Translations under genes and position numbers: made by a program
Origin: Pseudomonadota bacterium
GTDB lineage: Bacteria; Pseudomonadota; Alphaproteobacteria; Paracaedibacterales; CAIOTO01
Direction of reading: 5' to 3'
NCBI GenBank assembly: GCA_040387495.1
Contig: JAZKDQ010000003.1
Coordinates: 1 to 64,000, forward strand
Length of the DNA stretch: 64,000 bases
Notes under the pieces: model-generated
What the model saw: the letters and a program-made list of their open reading frames with translations, nothing else
Database searches by the model: none
Told to the model about the DNA's origin: nothing
Shown here: positions 20,074 through 28,863 of the stretch, piece by piece
Layout: every line of letters begins with the position of its first letter
Position numbering within the stretch: the stretch's first letter is position 1

Positions 20074-21381
20074 ATGTTTAAGCATAGATCATTTGTGTTA
20101 ACTTTGCTTGTGGCAACAGCATCAACGGTGTTTGCTTCGACAGCAACCTCTATAACGCCTGCAACTACAGCGAGTACAACTACAATTGCAGCAACGGTTA
20201 CTCCAGTAGTGCCAGCGACTCCAGCAGTGCCAGCGACTCCAGCAGCGACTCCAGCAGTGCCAGCAGCGACTCCATCTATGGTGCCCACTGCTGCTCCAGC
20301 AGCAACATTGTCAGCACCAAGTGAAAATCGTCGTCGCACCCCGGCATCCAGCCCTTATGATTGTAATTACTATTCTTGTGGTTATACGGCAGACCCAATA
20401 ACGTTAAATTATTGTACAAGTTTACAGGGTGATAATGCGCGTATCGCAATGGGATGTTATATTCGTTATCTTGAAGCCCATGTATGTCCAACAGGCGAAG
20501 ATGCACCAACAAACCCTCCATTGGATGTGAAGTCAGACGGAACAGGTCGTTGCCAGATCGCACGTAATCAAATAGTATTAGGTATGCAAGCAGCTTATGC
20601 AAATGATCCTACTATTTTAGATAAGGTCTCTCGAACAGGCTCTAGAACAAGTGCTTCGGAAACTCCTTCAGCAGCAGTAACAACAGCTGCACCAGCAACA
20701 ACGACGGCTTCAACAACAACTGCACCAGCAACAACGACGGCTTCAACAATAACTGCGCCAACACCAACGCCAACAGCTGCACCAACACCAACGACGATCC
20801 CAACACCAGCTCCAGTAGCTGTATCTGCTGATCCAGGTATAGCATCACAGCAAGCAGCTTCTGCTGCAACTCAGGCAGCGCAGTCGGCTCAACAAGCCGC
20901 TACTGCAGCAACACAAGCAGCACAATCAGCCCAGCTTGCTGCACAAAGTGCCGGCGCAGTAACAACGAATTCCCAAGTTGCTCAACAGTCAGTACAGTCA
21001 GCACAATTGGCAGCAAATTCAGCATCACAAGCTTCTAAAGCAGCTCAAACAGCTGCAACGAGTGCAAGCCAAGCAGCACAAGCCGCACAAGCGTCTTACC
21101 AGCAAGTCGCAGGTTTAGCACAAAATCCAACAGCACAGCAGGCGGTTTCACAATCCGTTATTCAATCTGCAAGTCAAGCCGTGTCTCAAGCCTCAGCTGC
21201 ACAGGCCGGTGCTAATCAAGCGATAGCAGCGCAACAACAAGCTGCATCTGCTGGAATGCAAATTTCAATGTTAAATCAGACAGCAGTAGCAGCTACGACA
21301 GCAGCACCTCAGGCCGCAAAGACAGACAACGCGGCGGCTACATCAGCAGCTTCAACATTACTTTCAGCAATTTTAAAGTAA
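20074..21381 (+). CDS. Exported low-complexity protein: T/A/P linker, Cys-rich domain, T/A/P linker, Ala/Gln heptad region
   Basis: 435 aa; GAGGGG RBS; signal peptide ending VFA; Cys domain shared with the next gene. Confidence 0.8.
   Translation: MFKHRSFVLTLLVATASTVFASTATSITPATTASTTTIAATVTPVVPATPAVPATPAATPAVPAATPSMVPTAAPAATLSAPSENRRRTPASSPYDCNYYSCGYTADPITLNYCTSLQGDNARIAMGCYIRYLEAHVCPTGEDAPTNPPLDVKSDGTGRCQIARNQIVLGMQAAYANDPTILDKVSRTGSRTSASETPSAAVTTAAPATTTASTTTAPATTTASTITAPTPTPTAAPTPTTIPTPAPVAVSADPGIASQQAASAATQAAQSAQQAATAATQAAQSAQLAAQSAGAVTTNSQVAQQSVQSAQLAANSASQASKAAQTAATSASQAAQAAQASYQQVAGLAQNPTAQQAVSQSVIQSASQAVSQASAAQAGANQAIAAQQQAASAGMQISMLNQTAVAATTAAPQAAKTDNAAATSAASTLLSAILK
20687..20749 (+). 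repeat. Intragenic direct repeat, 33-nt period
   Basis: CTGCACCAGCAACAACGACGGCTTCAACAA at 20687 and 20720. Confidence 0.85.
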
Positions 21382-21432
21382 ATGATGCTTGATTTAAAAT
21401 AATTATATTAATTAGTATGAAAGGTTTTTCTT

Positions 21433-21966
21433 ATGTTTAAGAGTAATTTTAGAATAGCTTATTTTATAGCTTTGCAGGCAGTGGTGGCAATTGCTTCTGC
21501 TTCCACACAAACGCCAACTACTTCTGTGGCAGCAACTCCCACAGCAACCGCAGCACCTGCGGTAGCTCTAACAACAACGGCTGTTGTGACAAATGCTGCT
21601 GCTCCATCTGTACCTGCGCCAACGCCAGCGGCACCAGAGTCGGTTGTCACTATAAAAAACTGTACGTATGCGAATGGTTTGCTTGGTAATGCAAATGCAC
21701 CAATTCGTGATTTTTGTCTTTCACAAACGACAGATATAAGCACAGGAAAAGCTCATAGAGCTATAGATTTCGCAATGGGATATTATGTTGCTATGAAGTG
21801 CACAGCTGGAAATTCAGTGTTAGATGGAAGTTGCAAGAATGCTGCTAATACAATTGCGAATGGTGTTGCCCTCGCATTCCATTTAGATTATACAACATTA
21901 CATGAAATCCGCAGAGCAGTTCCACCGGGATCTACAGCTGGGTGCCCTTGTTCAGCTGCGGCATAA
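21433..21966 (+). CDS. Exported protein paralogous to the upstream gene (T/A/P linker plus Cys-rich domain)
   Basis: 177 aa; AAGG RBS; signal peptide MFKSNFRIAYFIALQAVVAIASA; shared Cys pattern. Confidence 0.8.
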   Translation: MFKSNFRIAYFIALQAVVAIASASTQTPTTSVAATPTATAAPAVALTTTAVVTNAAAPSVPAPTPAAPESVVTIKNCTYANGLLGNANAPIRDFCLSQTTDISTGKAHRAIDFAMGYYVAMKCTAGNSVLDGSCKNAANTIANGVALAFHLDYTTLHEIRRAVPPGSTAGCPCSAAA

Positions 21967-21994
21967 GTAAAAGCCAGATTAAAATTATAATTAG

Positions 21995-22035
21995 AATCTC
22001 TGGGTTGGCTTCCGGCTAACTCAGAGATTTTTTTT
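21995..22035 (+). terminator. Intrinsic terminator
   Basis: AATCTCTGGGTTGGC-TTCC-GGCTAACTCAGAGATT followed by a T run. Confidence 0.8.
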
Positions 22036-23527
22036 AATGCCCAGGTACTGTCTTCATATTTCCTTTTACAGGCATTGCCTTTGGTAAAGCGGCGTCAATT
22101 CCTTTTAAAATAATTTTTGGATAAACACCCAAAGCAAGAACAATAAGAATTAAAATACCTAACACGCTTCTTTCACTGCCTGTTAAATCAGTATGTTGTC
22201 TGTCATGTAATATAAGCACACCGCTTATTTTTCCCATAAAAATACGTTTATAAAGCCACAGCATGTGAACTGCACCAAGAATCATGCCGAACGTTGCCGT
22301 TGCAGCATAAAAAATATTTGTTTTAAAAGTGGCTATTATCACTAAGAATTCGCCAATGAAGCCGCTGGTTCCTGGAACGCCAATGCTTGCAATCACTAAA
22401 ATAAAGAATGCTGATGCATAGAGAGGCATAATGTTAAGTAGCCCACCATAATCATTGATTTTACGTGTATGGTACCGGTCATAAATAATTCCAACACACA
22501 AAAATAGTGCAGCCGATATAAAGCCATGACTTATCATTTGAACAACAGCTCCGGCAACTCCTTGCGGTGAAAATGTGAAAATTCCAAGCGTTACAAAACC
22601 CATATGTGCTACTGACGAATAAGCGATTAGCTTTTTAATATCTGTTTGTACAAGTGCTACGAGCGAGGTATACACAATTCCAATTAAGCTAAGTCCAATC
22701 ATGATGGGCGCGAATTGTTGTGAGGCATCTGGTAAAATTGGCAGGACAATACGTAAAAGCCCATAACCGCCCATTTTAAGCAAGACACCCGCAAGCAAGA
22801 CAGAGCCTGTTGTTGGAGCTTCTACATGCGCATCGGGAAGCCAAGTATGTACAGGCCACATAGGGATTTTAACAGCAAAAGCGGAGACCAATGCCCAAAA
22901 GAGCCATTGTTGGGTGCTAAGGGGGAGGGTAATGCCAGACATATCTATAAGGTTTGTTGTTCCTGTATAATCATAAAGTTTAACAAGGGCAATAAGCATG
23001 AAAACAGAACCGAGAAACGTGTATAAAAAGAACTTAAAGCATGCATAAATTCGATTGTTTCCGCCCCAAAGACCAATGATTAGAAACATTGGAATAAGAA
23101 CGCCTTCGAAAAATAGATAAAATAAAATTGCATCAAGTGCACAGAAAACACCAATCATAAATGTTTCAAGTAGCAAGAATGCAATCATATATTCACGAAC
23201 GCGGTTGGTTATTTTGTCAAAACTTGAGAGTATGCAAATAGGTGTTAAAATAGCTGCTAACAAGATGAAATAAACAGACAATCCATCCACGCCTAAGTGG
23301 TAAGAACAACGCATACTTTCAATCCAGCTATATTTTTCTACATATTGAAAGCTAGGATTAGAAACATCAAATTGTGACCACATCACCAGCGCAAGAATAA
23401 GATTAAGACATGAAATCCAAAGGGCTACTGCTTTGGCATTTCTAACGTTATTATTTTTTACAAGCACTAAAAATACCACGCCGATGAGGGGGAGGAAAAT
23501 GAGTAAACTGAGTAGCGGGATGTTCAT
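22034..23527 (-). CDS. nuoM: NADH-quinone oxidoreductase subunit M
   Basis: YHLGVDGLS, FFEGVLIPM, AVKIPMWPVHTWLPDAHVEAPT, KKLIAYSSVAHMG. Confidence 0.97.
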   Translation of the reverse strand: MNIPLLSLLIFLPLIGVVFLVLVKNNNVRNAKAVALWISCLNLILALVMWSQFDVSNPSFQYVEKYSWIESMRCSYHLGVDGLSVYFILLAAILTPICILSSFDKITNRVREYMIAFLLLETFMIGVFCALDAILFYLFFEGVLIPMFLIIGLWGGNNRIYACFKFFLYTFLGSVFMLIALVKLYDYTGTTNLIDMSGITLPLSTQQWLFWALVSAFAVKIPMWPVHTWLPDAHVEAPTTGSVLLAGVLLKMGGYGLLRIVLPILPDASQQFAPIMIGLSLIGIVYTSLVALVQTDIKKLIAYSSVAHMGFVTLGIFTFSPQGVAGAVVQMISHGFISAALFLCVGIIYDRYHTRKINDYGGLLNIMPLYASAFFILVIASIGVPGTSGFIGEFLVIIATFKTNIFYAATATFGMILGAVHMLWLYKRIFMGKISGVLILHDRQHTDLTGSERSVLGILILIVLALGVYPKIILKGIDAALPKAMPVKGNMKTVPGH

Positions 23528-23582
23528 GTGATGGGCTCCAGAGTAGTCGGAAAATAGTAATACAGTTGACCTAAACGTTAGA

Positions 23583-25490
23583 TTAAGGGTAGAAAAAACA
23601 CATTATTAACACAAGACTAAGTGCTATTAATCCAACGATTATACCAAGTGCATAATGGTATATATAACCTGTTTGAATGCGATGATTTTGGTGTGAAAGC
23701 GTCAAGCATGTATGAGCCACACCATTAGGGCCAAAACGATCAATGATGCCAAGATCGCCTGTTTTCCATAAAAAATTACCAAGTGCAAGGACGGGACGAT
23801 TGATTATTTTAGTATAGAGTTCATCAATCCACCATTTATTGTATGAAAACGTGTAAAATGGTTGATTCGCTAAACGGTCAATGAGTCTTGGCTTTATTCC
23901 ATAAAGATAGATTGCACCTGCTATTCCAGTGCTTGCCATAATAAGCGGCAAATGATGTATCAAAAATGGTAAATGAGTTGTTGGTTCCTTTAGTACAACA
24001 AGCGTATTTTTCCAGCTAAAACCAATTTGCTCTATAAACAATGTATGACCAATCATACCACTAAAGATGGCGCCAATACTCAGTAATCCAAGCGGAATAA
24101 GTATCATTAAGTTTGATTCATGGACATGTGCCATGACATGTTCATTTGCATGGGGGACGCCATGAAATGTAAGCCATAAGAGACGCCATGAATAAAAACT
24201 TGTGAGGATGACAACGAGTATTCCTACAGCATATGCTATAGGGTGGTGGCTGTTATAAAGTGCCTCTAAAATAGCATCTTTTGAATAAAACCCAGCAAAA
24301 AATGGAATTCCTGCAAGTGCAAGGCTGCCAATCCACATGAATGCGTATGTTTTTGGAATGAGTCGAGCGATACCACCCATTTTTCGCATATCTTGCTCAT
24401 CAGACATAGCGTGAATGACAGAGCCAGCTCCTAAGAACAAAAGTGCCTTAAAAAAGGCATGGGTTGATAAATGAAAAATAGCTGCATTATATGCGCCGCA
24501 ACCACATGCTGCCATCATGTATCCCAGCTGACTGCAGGTTGAATATGCGATGACACGTTTAATATCATTTTGTGTGAGTGCAACTGTGCCGGCAAAAAAG
24601 GCAGTGATTATGCCAATCCACAGCATGGCTTCTTTGGCAATGGGTGCCAATTCATACAAAGGTGAAAAACGTACCATCAAAAAGATACCCGCAGTTACCA
24701 TGGTCGCTGCATGAATGAGGGCGGAAACAGGCGTTGGTCCTTCCATCGCGTCAGGCAACCAGACGTGTAGGCCAAATTGAGCAGACTTACCCATAGCCCC
24801 TAATAGTAAGAAAAATCCAATGAGGTCATAGGGGCTGATCGCATGCCCAGCCAATGTCAATGTAGGCAGATGTGTTGTTGGTAAGGCTGTTAGTATGACA
24901 TTAAAATCAAGGCTGCCAAATAAAAGGAATAAGCCGCCCATAGCAAGCACAAGCCCAGCATCACCCACACGGTTAACAACAAATGCTTTTGTTGCAGCTG
25001 AGGCAGCTTTAGACCGTTCATACCAGAATCCAATAAGAAGGTACGAAGCAAGGCCAACGCCTTCCCAGCCCACGAAAAGTTGAATCATATTAGGTGCTGT
25101 CACAAGCAATAACATCATGAATGTGAAAAAGCTGAGATAGGCCATAAAGCGCGGCCGTGATGGATCGTGTGACATGTAGGATAAAGAATATATATGTACT
25201 AAAAAAGAAATTATATTAACTACGCCTAGCATCACCATAACCAGGGGGTCTATCCGAATACCCCAAGCAGCTTTAAGTGTGCCAACTTCTATCCAATCAA
25301 GTACATGAATATTAAGCTGAATCATGCCTTTTGTTTTGTACCAAAGAATCAACGTTGCACCTAAAGCAATGGTCATTCCTGCAACGGAGACAGTTTCACT
25401 AAGTTTTTTGATATTTCGATGTGAGATCGCAATAAGAAAACCCATGAGTGGGGCAAAAACAGCGTATAATGCCAAGCGTTCTGGAGTCAT
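23583..25490 (-). CDS. nuoL: NADH-quinone oxidoreductase subunit L
   Basis: GWEGVGLASYLLIGFW, KAFVVNRVGD, GKSAQFGLHVWLPDAMEGPTPVSALIHAATMV, QTGYIYHY. Confidence 0.97.
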   Translation of the reverse strand: MTPERLALYAVFAPLMGFLIAISHRNIKKLSETVSVAGMTIALGATLILWYKTKGMIQLNIHVLDWIEVGTLKAAWGIRIDPLVMVMLGVVNIISFLVHIYSLSYMSHDPSRPRFMAYLSFFTFMMLLLVTAPNMIQLFVGWEGVGLASYLLIGFWYERSKAASAATKAFVVNRVGDAGLVLAMGGLFLLFGSLDFNVILTALPTTHLPTLTLAGHAISPYDLIGFFLLLGAMGKSAQFGLHVWLPDAMEGPTPVSALIHAATMVTAGIFLMVRFSPLYELAPIAKEAMLWIGIITAFFAGTVALTQNDIKRVIAYSTCSQLGYMMAACGCGAYNAAIFHLSTHAFFKALLFLGAGSVIHAMSDEQDMRKMGGIARLIPKTYAFMWIGSLALAGIPFFAGFYSKDAILEALYNSHHPIAYAVGILVVILTSFYSWRLLWLTFHGVPHANEHVMAHVHESNLMILIPLGLLSIGAIFSGMIGHTLFIEQIGFSWKNTLVVLKEPTTHLPFLIHHLPLIMASTGIAGAIYLYGIKPRLIDRLANQPFYTFSYNKWWIDELYTKIINRPVLALGNFLWKTGDLGIIDRFGPNGVAHTCLTLSHQNHRIQTGYIYHYALGIIVGLIALSLVLIMCFFYP

Positions 25491-25810
25491 CAGGCCACCT
25501 CTTCATGAAGGTTGTGTAAATCATTGGTGTTGATTGTACTGCGTTGTCTGAAATAGCTCACCAGAATGGCAAGACCAATAGCAGCTTCAGCCGCAGCGAC
25601 GGTTAAAATGAAAAGTGAGAAAACTTGTCCAACCATATCTTTATGATATAAAGAAAACGTGACAAAGTTGATATTCACCGCGAGTAGAATGAGTTCAATG
25701 GCCATAAAGAGCGCAATTAAATTCCGGCGATTTAAAATAATACCAAGGATGCCAATTGCAAATAAAATACCTGATACGATTAGGTATGGATTAATACCAA
25801 TGCTTCTCAT
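25490..25810 (-). CDS. nuoK: NADH-quinone oxidoreductase subunit K
   Basis: [37 protein letters not shown]. Confidence 0.96.
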   Translation of the reverse strand: MRSIGINPYLIVSGILFAIGILGIILNRRNLIALFMAIELILLAVNINFVTFSLYHKDMVGQVFSLFILTVAAAEAAIGLAILVSYFRQRSTINTNDLHNLHEEVA

Positions 25811-26463
25811 ATATCATCCTTTTTGATTTGATGCTTTGCAATAATATCGGGTGTGACGCCCATACGAAGGCCTGGGCTTGTAAGTACCAGCGAGTTTTTC
25901 TTGGTACGTTGGTTTTGCTTTGATATATCTTGTTTTCGATGTGGAATTGAACGTCTCGTGCCTTCTGTAAGAACGATGGCGCCAATCATAGCGACAAAAA
26001 GGATAAGGCCGCCAACTTGGAATATATAAGCATAATGTGTATACAGAATCTGTCCAAGAGCCATTGTATTCTGCATGCGTCTTGGACGAGGTGAAACGAG
26101 TACGTCTGCAGCTTGCGGATGTGCTTCAAAGAAATAGGTCATAATACCTATCTCAATAATTAATAGTAATCCGACGGCAAGTGCACTATATAAATAAGGA
26201 CCAAATGTTGCTCTGATATCATTTTCTTTGAGATTGAGCATCATCACGACAAACAAAAACAAGACGGCAACGGCGCCCACATAAACAATTACAAGAACAA
26301 AGCTAAGGAATTCGGCGCCACCAATAAGCATAAGTGCAGCCGCATTAAAAAAAGCGACAATAAGCGCTAATGCACTATAGACAGTATTTCTGGCAAAAAT
26401 AACGACGCAAGCCGAGCTTATAAGGCAGGTTGCAAAAATATAAAATAAAAGTAATTTACCCAT
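25807..26463 (-). CDS. nuoJ: NADH-quinone oxidoreductase subunit J
   Basis: [39 protein letters not shown]. Confidence 0.96.
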   Translation of the reverse strand: MGKLLLFYIFATCLISSACVVIFARNTVYSALALIVAFFNAAALMLIGGAEFLSFVLVIVYVGAVAVLFLFVVMMLNLKENDIRATFGPYLYSALAVGLLLIIEIGIMTYFFEAHPQAADVLVSPRPRRMQNTMALGQILYTHYAYIFQVGGLILFVAMIGAIVLTEGTRRSIPHRKQDISKQNQRTKKNSLVLTSPGLRMGVTPDIIAKHQIKKDDI

Positions 26464-26665
26464 TGGTTCTCAACGAAATTAAAACTTAGAAAAATGATAG
26501 CATGCATATATGTGTAGGACTAGTCCCAAGGCTGTTTGAGGGGGAAAAATTCAACTTGCGTTTTTGGAAAAGAGTAATGTATTGTGCCAGAGAAATAGGG
26601 TGTGGTTTTTGTTTATATAAAAATTAAGTCTAAATAAGTTGATTGTAATAGTGAAGGAGATACCC

Positions 26666-28378
26666 ATGAAGGTATTTAATGTTTTGAGGCGATGGCTTTT
26701 GGTGCTTGTGTGCTCGGTTGGTTCGGTTTGTGCGATGGAAAAGAAAGTATATATGCCAGATGGAACAGATGTTTATGAATGCAGTCATAATGTGTTGACA
26801 GTAGATGCTAGGCTTGTTGAAGACGGCCTTTTTGATGAAAAAAAAGAAGGTCTATTTCCCGCTATTTCCGAGAGGGTAAATGTAATCGCAGAAGAAATTG
26901 CTGGAAATGTAGATAAACTAACAACCCAAATAAGGCATCAGCCTGATGGAATAAACTATTTTATTTGCATGGGCGACACTAAGGTTGGGAAAAGCAGTTT
27001 TATTTCAGCTTTAATAAGAAAATATGGCGTAGATTTAAATATTGTTCCTGAAATCGGTTCTAGTTTTAAGTCTTGCACAAAAAATGTGGAATTGTTTAAG
27101 TTGCACTTACCTACATCTACGGGGCTAGCTTCAGTTGTAATTGCTGATGGTTCAGGCTCTAGGGATTCAGGCGGTTGGGAGCAAGACCTTGCAAACATTC
27201 TTAGTATGACTCCTATTTCAGAGATTTCCTCTGTTCATTTTTTAGTTTTTGTTACTGAGGCTAATGCTGAAGCTCCAGCTATAGGTTTAGCTGATGCACT
27301 TAGGCAGCTTGGTGGAAGATTTCCAGGTATTGTTATTAATCCTAACTCATGTTTTACATTGGTATTAACTAAAGGGTCGGCTGATTTTAATTGTGAAAGG
27401 TATTTTGGGGAATTATTGCCTGAGGCATCTGGACTTTCTTATTTTAAGGAGTCAGGAACGATGGAGTTGTTAAATAAGATAGGCGACAAGCCAGATGAAC
27501 GTATTTTGAAGTTCCCTCGTTTTTCACGTGTTGGTGAGCAGGATTTATATATTCAAGAGGCCTTTGCTAAACGTTTTGGAACAGCTGATTTTGGTCGATT
27601 TTTATATAATTTTGCTGTAATACCAGAAATCAATCAAGGACTTAGGGACCTAGTGCGTATTTGTCATGAAGAATTTTCTGATAATATTAGAAATGAAGTG
27701 CCTGCTAAAATAGGGACTCGTCTTTTTTCTCTAATAGAACATGCACGAAATTCTAAATCCCATACGTCAGCACAGTTGATAGATTCGTTTGCTAGAGTGT
27801 CTAATAGCCTTCGTAATGTTGATGAAAATGATTTTGTTGAATCTGTTAAAAACAGTCTTGTTCCATTGGGTAAATTAGGTGATTTAGACGCGGATACTTT
27901 ATTTATGAACACTTATAATTCATTATTTACGCTTCTACGTCACTTAAAAGTGCCTATAGAGATTCCTTCTATTTCTGGTGCGCTTGGCCCATTAACAGAC
28001 ATGTTTGATAAATTGGCAAATACTGAAACTAAAGTAATTAATGTTGAATGGGTGGATACTGAAAGAAAAAGAGTTGGCTCAAATAACGGTAAGCTTGTTT
28101 TTGATCGTAAAAAGAATAGAAGATGGTGGGTTGGAGGTCCAATTTTAACAAATAAAGAGACACTTTCAACAACTTTTAATTTAACGAATGGCTCTATAGA
28201 GATTTCTGAAATAAAAAATGGCAATGGAGAATTTGTAAGAGATTGTATAGTAGGTGAGCATAGTAATAGAAGATTTGCGGGTCGTGAATGCAACAAGTAT
28301 ACATATACCCCCCCTAAATCTTGGGATAATCTCGTGCGTGAATTTGAGATAGACAGTGGTTGGGTTGAAAATTATTAA
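26666..28378 (+). CDS. Exported P-loop GTPase-domain protein (TRAFAC, AIG1-like); start corrected to ATG 26666
   Basis: AAGGAG RBS; signal peptide MKVFNVLRRWLLVLVCSVGSVCA; G1 GDTKVGKS, G2 SCT, G3 DGSG, G4-like LTKG. Confidence 0.72.
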   Translation: MKVFNVLRRWLLVLVCSVGSVCAMEKKVYMPDGTDVYECSHNVLTVDARLVEDGLFDEKKEGLFPAISERVNVIAEEIAGNVDKLTTQIRHQPDGINYFICMGDTKVGKSSFISALIRKYGVDLNIVPEIGSSFKSCTKNVELFKLHLPTSTGLASVVIADGSGSRDSGGWEQDLANILSMTPISEISSVHFLVFVTEANAEAPAIGLADALRQLGGRFPGIVINPNSCFTLVLTKGSADFNCERYFGELLPEASGLSYFKESGTMELLNKIGDKPDERILKFPRFSRVGEQDLYIQEAFAKRFGTADFGRFLYNFAVIPEINQGLRDLVRICHEEFSDNIRNEVPAKIGTRLFSLIEHARNSKSHTSAQLIDSFARVSNSLRNVDENDFVESVKNSLVPLGKLGDLDADTLFMNTYNSLFTLLRHLKVPIEIPSISGALGPLTDMFDKLANTETKVINVEWVDTERKRVGSNNGKLVFDRKKNRRWWVGGPILTNKETLSTTFNLTNGSIEISEIKNGNGEFVRDCIVGEHSNRRFAGRECNKYTYTPPKSWDNLVREFEIDSGWVENY

Positions 28379-28403
28379 ATAATTAAAAAATGAATGTAAA
28401 AAA

Positions 28404-28434
28404 GAAGAAACGCTTTCCAGTGTTTCTTTTTTTT
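28404..28434 (+). terminator. Intrinsic terminator
   Basis: AAGAAACGCT-TTCC-AGTGTTTCTT plus T run. Confidence 0.7.
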
Positions 28435-28570
28435 GTTTAAATTTCCCTTTCGTTTTAAAGCTTCCCTACATTAATTAGATACTTCTTGCTAAATTTATTT
28501 AAAATTGTCTACAATTAGAGTGTCAGATTAATGACCGGACGCTGTGGGGTTCGATGTGCAGGAGGCGCAA

Positions 28571-28858
28571 ATGCTTTATTTAACGCGAAAAGTTGGCGAA
28601 GCTATTATTATTAATGAAGTGATCGAAGTCACACTCATCGAAATCCAAGGTAAAAGCGTCAAGTTAGGATTTAAATTTCCTGACACTGAAAAAGTTTTAC
28701 GCCGAGAACTGTATGACAAAATTAAAGCAGAAACGCACGCTGCATCCCATGATATTTTGGCAATCCAGAAAGCACTTTCGACTGAAAAAGGATCTGTCGA
28801 TGTTGTCTTGCCCGATGCTAAAACCAGACTAACTCTCCCTAAATCGTATGCAAAGTAG
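28571..28858 (+). CDS. csrA: CsrA/RsmA-family RNA-binding translational regulator (start ATG 28571)
   Basis: MLYLTRKVGEAIII...VKLGFKFP...VLRRELYDKI matches the CsrA pattern ML-LTR--GE---I...V-IG--AP----V-REE; GGAGG RBS. Confidence 0.85.
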   Translation: MLYLTRKVGEAIIINEVIEVTLIEIQGKSVKLGFKFPDTEKVLRRELYDKIKAETHAASHDILAIQKALSTEKGSVDVVLPDAKTRLTLPKSYAK

Positions 28859-28863
28859 GTGTT

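Noticed and set aside
20830..21381. Ala/Gln/Thr-rich region as an R-body (Reb) protein
   Set aside because: Only compositional similarity; no VNxQITD-type Reb motif, the protein is much longer and has a signal peptide, and there is no cluster of small reb genes
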